NCBI GenBank assembly: GCA_963743915.1
Contig: CAVURN010000001.1
Coordinates: 32,001 to 96,000, forward strand
Reading direction: 5' to 3'
DNA length: 64,000 nt
DNA from: an uncultured Actinomycetota bacterium
Lineage (GTDB): Bacteria; Actinomycetota; Actinomycetes; JAHEKZ01
Part shown: positions 30,816 to 40,529 of the stretch, piece by piece
How positions within the stretch are numbered: position 1 is the stretch's first letter
Layout: every line of letters starts with the position of its first letter
Position numbers and translations under genes: made by a program
The notes under the pieces: generated by a model
Seen by the model: the letters and a program-made list of their open reading frames with translations, nothing else
Database searches by the model: none
Told to the model about the DNA's origin: nothing

Positions 30816-31583
30816 CTAGGAGGAGCGACGGGTCCGCTGGGGGTCGGCGGCAGCTGTGGTGGCGGGGTGCGGAGCCGGTTGGTTGCCGGCGGCGAGGCGC
30901 TCCTCGCAGAGCCGTACCAGCTGGGCGTAGGCCGCCTCGCCCATGAGCTCGACCAGCTCGTCGCGGCTGCTCAGGTACACCGGTTCGCGCCCGACGTGCG
31001 CGTCGGTGTTGGCCGTGCAGTACCAGTCGAGGTCGTGACCCCCCGGCCCCCAACCGGGCCGGTCGTACTCGCCGACGGAGATCTCGAGGTACTCGGTGCC
31101 GTCGGGCCGTTCGACGTGGCGGTAGGTGCGCCGGATGGGCAGCTGCCAGCAGACGTCGGGCTTGGTGGTGACGATGCTGATGCCTCGGTCGAGCGCCAGC
31201 TTGTGCAGGGCGCAGCCGGGACCGGCGGCGAACCCGGGACGGTTGAGGAAGATGCACGCCCCGTCGACGACCCGCGTCTTGCGTCCCCCTTCGTCGTCCT
31301 TCTCGGTGATCTTCTCGGCGCCGTGGAACTGCCAGTCGTCCGGTCCGAGCTCCTTGGCCCACTTCTTGACCCGCTTCTCGTCGTCCTTGTCCGAGAAGTG
31401 GGCGCCGAGGGTGCAGCACCCGTCGTCGGGGCGTCCGGCGTAGATGCCCTTGCAGCCCGACCCGTAGATGCAGGTCCAGCTGCTCGTGAGCCAGGTGAGG
31501 TCGCAGCGGAAGACCTGGCCGGTGTCGACGGGATCGGTGAACTCCACCCACACTCTGGGGAAGTCGAGGTTCACTTCAGGCAC
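30816..31583 (-). CDS. Conserved Cys-rich putative Fe-S/Zn protein (DUF3109-like)
   Basis: [33 protein letters not shown] and KPDVCWQLP; divergent from ppx. Confidence 0.85.
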   Translation of the reverse strand: MPEVNLDFPRVWVEFTDPVDTGQVFRCDLTWLTSSWTCIYGSGCKGIYAGRPDDGCCTLGAHFSDKDDEKRVKKWAKELGPDDWQFHGAEKITEKDDEGGRKTRVVDGACIFLNRPGFAAGPGCALHKLALDRGISIVTTKPDVCWQLPIRRTYRHVERPDGTEYLEISVGEYDRPGWGPGGHDLDWYCTANTDAHVGREPVYLSSRDELVELMGEAAYAQLVRLCEERLAAGNQPAPHPATTAAADPQRTRRSS

Positions 31584-31626
31584 GAGGGTCAGCGTACGGC
31601 GCGCGGAGCGGGGTAGCGTCAGCGGC

Positions 31627-32580
31627 ATGGACGGCGGTACGGGCTCAGGCGTGCGGCTCGGCGTCCTCGACGTCGGCTCCAACACCGTCCACCTGCTCGT
31701 GGTCGACGCCCACCACGGGGCGGCACCCCGGTCGGCGTACTCGTACAAGACCGAGCTGCGTCTCGCAGAGTTCCTGGACGCCGATGGCGGCATCGCCCCC
31801 GGGGGCATCGCTGCGCTGACGGAGTTCGTCGGTGAGGCGGCGCGCGTGGCCGAGGAGGTGGGAGCGGAGGAGATGCTGGCCTTCGCGACGTCGGCGATCC
31901 GCGAGGCGTCGAACGGGGAGGGGGTGCTGCGTGCGGTTCGGGCCGCGACCGGGGTCGACCTCGAGGTGCTCTCCGGCGCCGACGAGGCGCGGCTCACCTT
32001 CCTGGCCGTGCGTCGCTGGTACGGCTGGTCGAGCGGTCGCCTGCTGGTGCTGGACATCGGAGGTGGCTCGCTGGAGGTCGCGGTCGGCGACACCGAGGAG
32101 CCCGATGCCGCCTTCTCGCTGCCGCTCGGCGCCGGACGCCTCACGCGAGAGTTCCTGACGGAGGACCCACCCTCATCGGCAGAGGTGAAGCAGCTGCGCA
32201 AGCACGTGCGCACGCTGATCGCCGACCAGCAGGACGTGATCGCGTCGGTTGCCGATGCGGGGCACGTGGTGGGCACGTCGAAGACCTTCCGACAGCTGGC
32301 TCGGCTGACCGGAGCGGCCCCCAGCTCGGCGGGACCCTACGTCCAACGTCTGCTCGACCGGGACGCTCTGTCGGACTGGGTGCCGCGCCTGGCGCGGATG
32401 CCCGCCCGCCACCGCGCCCAGCTCCCGGGGATATCGATCACGCGCGCACCCCAGCTGCTGGCCGGTGCCGTGGTCGCGGAGTCCGTCATGGCGGCGGTGG
32501 ATGCGGTGTCCCTCCAGATCTGCCCCTGGGCCCTGCGCGAGGGAGTGATCCTGCGCCGGCTGGACTGGATGGGCCAATGA
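31627..32580 (+). CDS. ppx: Ppx/GppA exopolyphosphatase
   Basis: [29 protein letters not shown] and WALREG. Confidence 0.93.
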   Translation: MDGGTGSGVRLGVLDVGSNTVHLLVVDAHHGAAPRSAYSYKTELRLAEFLDADGGIAPGGIAALTEFVGEAARVAEEVGAEEMLAFATSAIREASNGEGVLRAVRAATGVDLEVLSGADEARLTFLAVRRWYGWSSGRLLVLDIGGGSLEVAVGDTEEPDAAFSLPLGAGRLTREFLTEDPPSSAEVKQLRKHVRTLIADQQDVIASVADAGHVVGTSKTFRQLARLTGAAPSSAGPYVQRLLDRDALSDWVPRLARMPARHRAQLPGISITRAPQLLAGAVVAESVMAAVDAVSLQICPWALREGVILRRLDWMGQ

Positions 32581-33395
32581 ACGGCGTGCGCGTGCCCACG
32601 TCCAAGGTGGTGCTGTCGACGGCGTCGGTCTACCCGGAGTCCACGACGGCGGCGTTCGAGATCGCCGCCAAGCTCGGTTTCGACGGGCTCGAGGTGATGG
32701 TGTCGACGGACGCGGTCAGCCAGGACGTGTCAACGCTGCAGCGTCTCTCGGACTACCACCAGGTGCCTGTGGTCGCGATCCACTCGCCCTGCCTGCTGAT
32801 CACCCAGCGGGTGTGGGGCAGTGAGCCCTGGGGCAAGCTGCGCAGCGCCCGACGAGCCGCAGAGACGCTCGGGGCGGACATCGTGGTCGTGCACCCACCA
32901 TTTCGGTGGCAACGTGAGTACGCGAAGGGCTTCGTGGCCGGCGTGGGCGCCATGAGCGAGGAGACCGACGTCCGGTTCGCGGTCGAGAACATGTTTCCGT
33001 GGCGGGCCCGCAACCGTCAGGTCCAGGCGTACCTGCCGGATCACGACCCCACCGACGAGGACTACAGCGCAGTCACCTTGGACCTCTCGCACACGGCGGT
33101 GTCCGGTGACGATGCCATGGCCATGGCTCGGCTGCTCGGTGGACGCCTCGCGCACGTGCACCTCGGTGACGGGACAGGAGCGGCCCGCGACGAGCACCTG
33201 ATCCCCGGACGCGGGACCCAGCCGTGCGCCGAGCTGTTGGAGCATCTCGCGGCGACGCGCTACACCGGGCACATCGTGCTCGAGGTGAACACCCGCAGAG
33301 CCGCCAACCGGGTGGAGCGGGAAACCGACTTGGCGGAGGCGCTCGCCTTCACCCGACTCAACCTGGCAGTCGCCGAGGTCGCTGATGACCGGTAG
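32577..33395 (+). CDS. Sugar phosphate isomerase/epimerase (TIM barrel) family protein
   Basis: [41 protein letters not shown] and LEV. Confidence 0.88.
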   Translation: MNGVRVPTSKVVLSTASVYPESTTAAFEIAAKLGFDGLEVMVSTDAVSQDVSTLQRLSDYHQVPVVAIHSPCLLITQRVWGSEPWGKLRSARRAAETLGADIVVVHPPFRWQREYAKGFVAGVGAMSEETDVRFAVENMFPWRARNRQVQAYLPDHDPTDEDYSAVTLDLSHTAVSGDDAMAMARLLGGRLAHVHLGDGTGAARDEHLIPGRGTQPCAELLEHLAATRYTGHIVLEVNTRRAANRVERETDLAEALAFTRLNLAVAEVADDR

Positions 33396-33975
33396 AAGTC
33401 CGGGCCGCCGTCCCGGCTCGCAGGACACCAGGGGCCAGATCGTCTCAGCGGCCAGGGCGCAGTTCGGAGCCCGTGGCTACGACGCGACGAGCATGCGGGC
33501 GATCGCCGCGGAGGCGGACGTGGACCCCGCCCTGGTGCACCACTACTTCGGCGGCAAGGAGCAACTCTTCGCTGCGTGCATGCAACTTCCCCTGGACCCC
33601 AGCGTGGAGCTGCCGGACCTCCTCGCGGGTGACCGGGCTGAGATCGGAGCGCGGTTGGTTCGCCTTCAGCTGAGGCTCTGGTCGGAGGAGGGCGGTCGCG
33701 ACAGCATGATGGCGCTGGTGCGCTCCGCGGCGAGCAACGAGCAGGCCGCCGCCATGATGCGGGAGTTCGTCACGAGCGTCCTGCTCGCTCGGCTCAGTCC
33801 CGCCGTGGGCACGGGTGAGGACGCCCCCCTGCGCGCGGCGGGCGCAGCCTCGCAGCTCATCGGGATGGCCTTCGCCCGCTACGTCGTCAAGGTGCCGGCG
33901 CTGGCCGAGGCGTCCGAAGACGAGCTGGTGCGAACCGTCGGTCCTGCGGTGCAGTCCTACTTCATCCCTGCTTGA
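33385..33975 (+). CDS. TetR-family regulator
   Basis: GRRPG..TR..I..AA...F...[28 protein letters not shown]. Confidence 0.93.
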   Translation: MTGRSPGRRPGSQDTRGQIVSAARAQFGARGYDATSMRAIAAEADVDPALVHHYFGGKEQLFAACMQLPLDPSVELPDLLAGDRAEIGARLVRLQLRLWSEEGGRDSMMALVRSAASNEQAAAMMREFVTSVLLARLSPAVGTGEDAPLRAAGAASQLIGMAFARYVVKVPALAEASEDELVRTVGPAVQSYFIPA

Positions 33976-34014
33976 CGTTCTCTCGTGTGGGCAGTAATTT
34001 CATCGTGTGGTGAA
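33972..34014 (+). promoter_or_regulatory. Sigma70 promoter (TTGACG-17-TAATTT) with overlapping imperfect palindrome, putative TetR operator
   Basis: -35 at 33972, -10 at 33995; TTCATCgtgtGGTGAA at 33999-34014 covers the leaderless start. Confidence 0.65.
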
Positions 34015-34723
34015 TTCAACGGCGGTCGAGTGCCGCGAGCTGCGTGTGGTCAGGGGCGGCCGTGAGGTGCTGCCGGGAATCACGCTCACGCTCAGGTCGG
34101 GCCGCATCACGGGCATGCTCGGCCCCAGCGGTTCCGGCAAGACCACCTTGATGCGCGCGATCGTGGGCGTCCAGCAGGTCGCTGGTGGTGTCGTGACCGT
34201 GCTCGGGGAGCCCGCGGGCAGCGTCGGCCTCCGTCGACGCGTCGCGTACGTCACGCAGGACGTGTCGGTGTACTCCGACCTCACCGTGCGCCAGAACGTG
34301 CGCTACTTCGCGCGCATCCTGGGGGCGCCCGACACGGACATCGACCGCGTCATCGACCACGTCGGGCTGGCCGAGCACGCCGGTGACCGGGTCGGGAACC
34401 TGTCGGGGGGTGAGCGATCGCGAGCGTCACTGGCGGTGGCACTGCTGGGTCGGCCGCAGCTGCTCGTCCTGGACGAGCCGACGGTGGGGCTCGACCCGGT
34501 CCTGCGCCGTGAGCTCTGGGACCTGTTCGCCGGCCTGGCCGCGACCGGCATCACGCTGCTCGTCTCGAGCCATGTGATGGACGAGGCGTCGCGCTGTGAC
34601 GACCTGATGCTGCTGCGCGACGGCCGACTGCTGGCCCATGACACGGTGGCAACAATCCTCGAACGTACGCACACCTCCGACGTCGAGTCGGCGTTCCTCG
34701 CGTTGGTCGAGCAGGCGCCATGA
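34007..34723 (+). CDS. ABC transporter ATP-binding protein
   Basis: GPSGSGKT, LSGGE, LDEPT and SSH. Confidence 0.95.
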   Translation: MVNSTAVECRELRVVRGGREVLPGITLTLRSGRITGMLGPSGSGKTTLMRAIVGVQQVAGGVVTVLGEPAGSVGLRRRVAYVTQDVSVYSDLTVRQNVRYFARILGAPDTDIDRVIDHVGLAEHAGDRVGNLSGGERSRASLAVALLGRPQLLVLDEPTVGLDPVLRRELWDLFAGLAATGITLLVSSHVMDEASRCDDLMLLRDGRLLAHDTVATILERTHTSDVESAFLALVEQAP

Positions 34724-35451
34724 CGACCACGCGGACTGTGGCGACGGCGCAACGTGTCGTGAACCAGCTGAGGCACGACCACCGCACGGTGGCGCTGATC
34801 CTCGTAGTCCCCTGCGTGCTCATGTCGTTGCTTGCGTGGATGTTGTCGGCCAGCGACTTCGACAGGTACGGCGCACCGCTGTTGGGCATCTTCCCGCTGG
34901 TCGTCATGTTCCTCACGACCTCGGTGACCACGCTTCGCGAGCGGGAGTCCGGCACGTTGGAGCGGCTGCTCTCCATGCCGATCGGCAAGGCGGACTTCGT
35001 GCTGGGCTATGCGCTCGCGTTCGGCGGACTCGCCGTCCTGCAGGCGCTCGTGGTCGCCGGGTTGTCCATGGGGGTGTTGGGACTCGACGTCCTGGCACCG
35101 GCCTGGACCCTGATCCTGGTCGCTGTCGTGAACGCCCTCCTCGGAACGGCGATGGGGCTGTTCGTCAGCGCCTTCGCGAACACCGAGTTCCAGGCGGTGC
35201 AGTTCATGCCCGCCCTGATCCTTCCCCAGCTGCTGCTCTGCGGGATCGTCGTCCCGCGCGACGAGCTGCCGACGCCGCTGCGCCTGCTCTCGGACGTGAT
35301 GCCGATGTCCTACGCCGTCGACGCCACCCGCGAGGTGATGACGCACACGTCCCCCACGGCCACCTTCTGGTGGAGCGTCGCCGTGGTGGCCGGGTTCATG
35401 GCCGTGGGTCTGGGCCTGGGCGCGGCTACGCTGCGTCGCCGGACACCCTGA
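34720..35451 (+). CDS. ABC-2 type permease
   Basis: Six TM segments; RERESGTLERL and TEFQAVQFMP. Confidence 0.92.
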   Translation: MTTTRTVATAQRVVNQLRHDHRTVALILVVPCVLMSLLAWMLSASDFDRYGAPLLGIFPLVVMFLTTSVTTLRERESGTLERLLSMPIGKADFVLGYALAFGGLAVLQALVVAGLSMGVLGLDVLAPAWTLILVAVVNALLGTAMGLFVSAFANTEFQAVQFMPALILPQLLLCGIVVPRDELPTPLRLLSDVMPMSYAVDATREVMTHTSPTATFWWSVAVVAGFMAVGLGLGAATLRRRTP

Positions 35452-35466
35452 TCGCGTAGTCGAACC

Positions 35467-35514
35467 TCAGCCGAACGGGTGGTTCCCCCCTCAACCGATC
35501 ATCCGAACGGCTGA
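35467..35514. promoter_or_regulatory. Two 16-bp palindromic boxes (BldM-like TCAnCCGnnCGGnTGA) upstream of the tad genes
   Basis: TCAGCCGAACGGGTGG (35467) and TCATCCGAACGGCTGA (35499), 32 bp apart. Confidence 0.5.
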
Positions 35515-35565
35515 TGGCGCACGACACTCATGGGGCTCGGGGACGGCTCAACCTGTGGGAGCGTC

Positions 35566-36114
35566 ATGCGTCGTCGAGCAGGCCGGTTCCGCGGCGATGA
35601 AGGTGCGTCGGCCGTCGAGTTCGGACTGCTGCTACCGCTCTTCGTGATGCTGGCCCTGGGCACGATCAGCGCGGGCTTCGCGTTCCACACCTGGCTCAGT
35701 GTCACGCACGGGGCCCAGGAGTCCTCGCGCTTTGCCGCCACGCTCAGCATCGGCGCCGGAGGCGGGAGCACCTCGTCCTGGCTCACGCAGGTATCCCAGC
35801 GTGCATTGTCGGCCGCGAACCTGTTGGTGAGCGCAACCGAGGCACAGCCCGGGACGACGGCCTGTGTGGCGGTGGTGTCACCGACGAACATCCCACCGCT
35901 CAACGCCCACATGACGGTCACCACGGACGGCGCCGGGACGATCCTTCGGTCGGCTGTGCTGAGCGGCCCGTGTCCGAATCTCCCCACGATGACCGGCGAC
36001 TACGTGCAGACCCAGGTGGCCAAGCCGGTCACCTTCAACTACGTCTTCGGTGGAGCTGAGATCGATGTCGCCGGCAAGAGTGTGAGCCGTTTTGAGGCCG
36101 TCTCGCTGTCATGA
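35566..36114 (+). CDS. TadE-like pseudopilin
   Basis: RGDEG|ASAVEFGLLLP prepilin motif and HGAQESSRFA; ATG after GGGAG. Confidence 0.85.
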   Translation: MRRRAGRFRGDEGASAVEFGLLLPLFVMLALGTISAGFAFHTWLSVTHGAQESSRFAATLSIGAGGGSTSSWLTQVSQRALSAANLLVSATEAQPGTTACVAVVSPTNIPPLNAHMTVTTDGAGTILRSAVLSGPCPNLPTMTGDYVQTQVAKPVTFNYVFGGAEIDVAGKSVSRFEAVSLS

Positions 36115-38006
36115 GAGGCCTACGACTGCGTGATGACAGTGGTGCCTACGCCATCCTGTACGGCCTCATGGTTGTCGGCATCGTGCTGCTGGCCGCAACG
36201 GTCGTCGATCTGTCATCCATGCGCGAAGACCGTCGGGCCGAACGCCTGGCAGCCGACGCCGCGGCGACGGCTGGTGCGGTCAAGCTCAACGCCCTGGCCG
36301 GTGTGGCCGACGCGCAAGCAGCCTGTCAGGAGGCATGGCGCTTCCTGAAAGTGAACCTGCCGGGCGCAGCGGAGGCGACGCCGAGCTGCCCGGCCGGGAC
36401 CTTCCCCGCACGCTTCTCCACCTGCCCGACCACGCCCGGATCAGCGACCGCCGCGGCCGGTCCCTGGCAGGTCACCATCAGCTGGCCGGTGCCGGACGAC
36501 CACCCGCTCATGACCGACCCGGACATTTCCGGGCGCGACGGCTACCAACAGCCGATCGACCCCGAGATCGACGGCGCCGATCCCTGCGGACGTCTCGGGG
36601 TCACCGTCGCCCGTGCTCGAGATTTCCTGTTCGCGGGGGTGGGCGGGTTCGCCGGCGCCACCACCACCAACTCCAGCGTCGCCCGTGCCGAGCTCAAGGG
36701 TCAGGTTGCCCTCGAGTTCCCACTCGTGGTGCTCGACCAGCACGGCTGCCAGGTGCTTCTGGCGAGCGGGTCGATGTCTCAGGACGCCACCATCCGGGTC
36801 CTGAACAACGGCATCACTCCCGGACGGATGGCGATGGACACAGCAGCTGACGACCCAGCCAACAGCTCGCCGGGCTGCGGCAACTCCAACCAGTACGCCG
36901 CCATGATCAACGGAGGCGGGAAGATCGTGGCCCTCAACGGGTCCAGCGGCTCACCGGGGGTGTTCCTCTCCCATGCCGCTGACCTGGCGAAGGCCGCAAG
37001 CACCTCTGACATGTGTGCCATGGGAACGGACCCGGGGTCTGTCACACGCGGCATCTGTCCCAGACCCCAGAGCTTCATGATGATCACGCGCAAGTTCTGG
37101 GACTGGCAGTACCACTGCACGACCACGACGACCGAGCCGTTGTCCGCGCCCTGCCCGTACACGGCAACGGTCCCTGACCACGTCACCAGCATCAGAAACA
37201 GCTATCGGGAGGGCGTCTTCGACGCCGCGGCTGCATCCTCCGCGGGGTGGTCGGTCATCTCGGGATCGGAGTGCAACAGCACGACGCCCTACCGTTACTT
37301 CCCTGGCAGTGTCTACGTCGACTGCACCACCTTCAACGTGAACCGGACCACCGTCTTCGGCGGTGGCGGAACCTCGACCGTGGTGTTCAAGGGCGAGGTC
37401 GACATCTCGGGGAACGGCCCCGGGCCGCACTGCCTGGTCTTCAACCAGCCCGTCGGTCCGACGGCGACGCTCGATGCCTCGGGCACCTACCCGTTCTGCA
37501 ACCCCACCAGCTCGACGGTCAACCCGGCGCCGTCCGGACCGATGCTCGTGTACCTGCAGGACGGCAGCCTGGTGCGGCAGAACGCCGACTTCATCTCTGC
37601 GGAGACGACCATCTATCAGGAGGCCGATCCCGCTTTCGGGGCGTCATGGACGCACCAGATCGACCTCGGGGCCGGGACGAGCAGCAACCTGCTCATGACC
37701 GCTCCGACCACGGTGGGTTACAGGTTCCAGAACCTCACGATCTGGTCGGAGAACAGGGCGGGTGTGGACAACCCCGTGTCGCAGGCGAACCAGCTCGGAT
37801 CGCAGAACAAGCTGGCCCTTGAAGGAACCCTCTTCCTCCCCAACGGGCAGACCAACTTCGGCGGCAACCCGACCTACCTCGGCCAGGCCAAGGCGCAGTT
37901 CGTGGCGTGGCGGCTGAGCGTCGCGGGCGGTGGCACGCTCGAGCTCGTGCCGGACCCCAGCCGGACGCTCCCGATCCCCGTGGGCGGAGTTCGACTGATC
38001 CGCTGA
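36111..38006 (+). CDS. TadG-like large Cys-rich pilus-associated protein
   Basis: RDDSG|AY + TM + VVDLS..R..ERLAADAAATAG (Tad domain); long extracellular region ending VRLIR. Confidence 0.78.
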   Translation: MRGLRLRDDSGAYAILYGLMVVGIVLLAATVVDLSSMREDRRAERLAADAAATAGAVKLNALAGVADAQAACQEAWRFLKVNLPGAAEATPSCPAGTFPARFSTCPTTPGSATAAAGPWQVTISWPVPDDHPLMTDPDISGRDGYQQPIDPEIDGADPCGRLGVTVARARDFLFAGVGGFAGATTTNSSVARAELKGQVALEFPLVVLDQHGCQVLLASGSMSQDATIRVLNNGITPGRMAMDTAADDPANSSPGCGNSNQYAAMINGGGKIVALNGSSGSPGVFLSHAADLAKAASTSDMCAMGTDPGSVTRGICPRPQSFMMITRKFWDWQYHCTTTTTEPLSAPCPYTATVPDHVTSIRNSYREGVFDAAAASSAGWSVISGSECNSTTPYRYFPGSVYVDCTTFNVNRTTVFGGGGTSTVVFKGEVDISGNGPGPHCLVFNQPVGPTATLDASGTYPFCNPTSSTVNPAPSGPMLVYLQDGSLVRQNADFISAETTIYQEADPAFGASWTHQIDLGAGTSSNLLMTAPTTVGYRFQNLTIWSENRAGVDNPVSQANQLGSQNKLALEGTLFLPNGQTNFGGNPTYLGQAKAQFVAWRLSVAGGGTLELVPDPSRTLPIPVGGVRLIR

Positions 38007-38024
38007 GACGCCTACGCTGGGCGC

Positions 38025-38954
38025 GTGATCGTTCGTGGAACCATGCTCGCCCTGGCGGCGAGCCAGTCGGTGAAGCGCCTCGTGACCTCGGCACCGGGGG
38101 TGAGCGGTGTCGTCACCCGGTTCGCAGCCGGCGAGGGCGTCGAGGACGCCGTGCGTGCCACTCAGGAGCTCGCCGACGCCGGCTTCCGCGTCACGCTCGA
38201 CTACCTCGGCGAGGACACCCTCGACCGAGAGGCGGCCACCGGCACGACAGAGGCCTACGTCGAGGTCCTGGGACGGCTGGCGGACGCGGGGTTGACCGAG
38301 GGCGCTGAGGTCTCGGTGAAGCTCTCCGCGGTGGGTCAGGCTCTGTCCGGAGACGGACCGGCGGTCTCGACCGACAACGCGCGCCTCATCTGCGAGGCCG
38401 CTGCGAAGGCGGGAACGACGGTCACGCTCGACATGGAGGACCACACCACCACCGACCTGACGCTGCAGACGCTGGGCGAGCTGCGACGAGACTTCCCTGA
38501 CACCGGGGCGGTGCTGCAGGCCTACCTGTACCGGACGGAGGCTGATTGCCGAGACCTCGCGTCCGCCGGCTCACGCATCCGCCTGTGCAAGGGGGCGTAC
38601 GCCGAGCCGGAGAGCGTGGCGTGGCAGGACCGGCACGACGTCGACCTCTCGTACGTGCGTTGCGCGAAGGTCCTGCTCGCCGGCGACGGATACCCGATGT
38701 TCGCCACTCACGACAGCCGGCTCATCTCGATCGTCGAGGCTCTGACCCGCCGGTACGGTCGGGAGCGCGACTCCTACGAGTTCCAGATGCTCTACGGCGT
38801 GCGACGAGACGAGCAGCAGCGACTGATGGTCGCCGGCGAGACGGTCCGCATCTACGTGCCGTACGGCACCGAGTGGTACGGGTATCTCGTGCGACGCATG
38901 GCCGAGCGGCCCGCCAACCTCAGCCTCGGAATCCGTGCCATCCTGGACCGATAG
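38025..38954 (+). CDS. Monofunctional proline dehydrogenase
   Basis: RFAAGE, LDYLGE, SVKLS, LDMED, QAYLYRT, RLCKGAY, ATHD, EFQMLYG and YVPYG..RRMAERP. Confidence 0.95.
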   Translation: MIVRGTMLALAASQSVKRLVTSAPGVSGVVTRFAAGEGVEDAVRATQELADAGFRVTLDYLGEDTLDREAATGTTEAYVEVLGRLADAGLTEGAEVSVKLSAVGQALSGDGPAVSTDNARLICEAAAKAGTTVTLDMEDHTTTDLTLQTLGELRRDFPDTGAVLQAYLYRTEADCRDLASAGSRIRLCKGAYAEPESVAWQDRHDVDLSYVRCAKVLLAGDGYPMFATHDSRLISIVEALTRRYGRERDSYEFQMLYGVRRDEQQRLMVAGETVRIYVPYGTEWYGYLVRRMAERPANLSLGIRAILDR

Positions 38955-38958
38955 TCTT

Positions 38959-39022
38959 CGGCACGCCTTTGGGGTGAGTCGTCCGTGTCCTGACCCGGAG
39001 GAACTTCCCCGAAGAAGTGCCG
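38959..39022. repeat. Long imperfect intergenic hairpin
   Basis: CGGCACgcCTTTGGGG...CCCCGAAGaaGTGCCG between PRODH and proC. Confidence 0.4.
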
Positions 39023-39038
39023 TCAGAAGGAGTGGGCG

Positions 39039-39848
39039 ATGAGCGACCGCGTGGCCATCCTCGGCACCGGAAAGATGGGCGAGGCCCTGCTGTCCGGCAT
39101 GGTGCGGGCCGGACGCCCGGCGTCCGGGCTCGTCGTCACGACGCACGACCCCGCGCGCGAGCAGAAGCTGCGTGACCGGTACGGCGTCGAGGTGACCGAC
39201 AACGTGTCAGCGGTGAAGTCCGCCGACACGGTGCTCATCGCGGTCAAGCCGCAGGACATGGGGGAGCTGCTCGACGAGATCGCGGCCTCGGTGTCAGCGG
39301 ACCAGCTGATCGTGTCGGTGGCTGCCGGCATCACGACCGCGTTCATCGAGCGGCGGATCCCGGTGGACGCCCCCGTGGTGCGCGTCATGTCGAACACCCC
39401 CGTGCTGGTCGACGAGGCCATGAGCGCCCTCTCCGCCGGTTCCCACGCCACCGAGGATCACCTGCGGCGCACCGAGGAGCTGCTGCAGCCCGTGGGGCGC
39501 ACGCTGCGGGTGCCGGAGAACCAGCAGGACGCCGTCACCGCCCTGTCCGGCAGCGGGCCGGCGTACTTCTTCTACCTGGTCGAGGCGATGACCGACGCGG
39601 GGATCCTGCTCGGGCTGCCGCGCTCGGTGGCGCACGACCTCATCGTGCAGACCGCGATCGGAGCGGCGGTGATGCTGCGCGACTCCGGTCAGCCGCCGCA
39701 GTCGCTGCGCGAGGCGGTCATGTCACCGGCCGGCACCACGATCGCGGCGATCCGGGAGATGGAGGACCACAAGGTGCGCGCGGCCTTTCTTGCGGCCCTC
39801 GAGGCAGCGCGCGACCGGAGCCGGGAGCTGGCGTCCGGTCACGAGTGA
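39039..39848 (+). CDS. proC: Pyrroline-5-carboxylate reductase
   Basis: GTGKMG, AVKPQ, SVAAG, RVMSNTP, TALSGSGPAY and SPAGTT. Confidence 0.97.
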   Translation: MSDRVAILGTGKMGEALLSGMVRAGRPASGLVVTTHDPAREQKLRDRYGVEVTDNVSAVKSADTVLIAVKPQDMGELLDEIAASVSADQLIVSVAAGITTAFIERRIPVDAPVVRVMSNTPVLVDEAMSALSAGSHATEDHLRRTEELLQPVGRTLRVPENQQDAVTALSGSGPAYFFYLVEAMTDAGILLGLPRSVAHDLIVQTAIGAAVMLRDSGQPPQSLREAVMSPAGTTIAAIREMEDHKVRAAFLAALEAARDRSRELASGHE

Positions 39849-39851
39849 GCC

Positions 39852-40529
39852 TCAGCCTCGTCCGGCGATCTCCTGCGCGAAGCGGTCGACGTCCTCGATG
39901 CGCCCGGCTGCGGCGATCACCGAGCCGGGGACGATGACCGTGTCACGGTCGGCGTAGGTGAACGCCGCCCCGGGGGCGCGGACGCCGACGACGGTGACCC
40001 CGTAGCGAGCGCGCAGCCCCAGCTCGCCGAGCGCTCCGTCACCCAGAGACTCGGTCACCTCGAGCTTGGCGAGCGCGAAGCCGTCGTCGAACTGGATGTA
40101 GTCGAGCATCGCCCCGGACACCAGATGGGCCACCCGTTCACCCATGTCGGCCTCGGGGTAGACCACGTGATGCGCACCGATCCGCTCCAGGATCCTCCCG
40201 TGGTCACGGGAGATCGCCTTGGCCCAGATCTCCGGCACGCCGAGGTCGGCCAGCAGGCTGGTGGTGAGCACGCTGGACTCGATGTCGGTGCCGATGGCGA
40301 CGACGGCCTGCTCGAACTCGGCAGCACCGATCTGCCGCATCGCTTCCTCGTCGGTGGTGTCGAGCTGGATCGCGTGGGTGAGCCGCTCGGCGTAGTGCTG
40401 GACCCGCTCGGCGGAGGCGTCGACCCCGAGCACCTCGCGACCGCGTCCGACCATGGTGAGGGCCACCGCCGAGCCGAAGCGCCCGAGCCCGACGACGAGG
40501 ACCGGCGACGTGAGACGTCGATCAGCCAA
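39852..40529 (-). CDS. trkA: TrkA/KtrA potassium-uptake NAD-binding subunit
   Basis: VLVVGLGRFG, AVVAIG, WAKA and VVYPE; TTG start overlaps the trkH stop. Confidence 0.92.
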   Translation of the reverse strand: MADRRLTSPVLVVGLGRFGSAVALTMVGRGREVLGVDASAERVQHYAERLTHAIQLDTTDEEAMRQIGAAEFEQAVVAIGTDIESSVLTTSLLADLGVPEIWAKAISRDHGRILERIGAHHVVYPEADMGERVAHLVSGAMLDYIQFDDGFALAKLEVTESLGDGALGELGLRARYGVTVVGVRAPGAAFTYADRDTVIVPGSVIAAAGRIEDVDRFAQEIAGRG

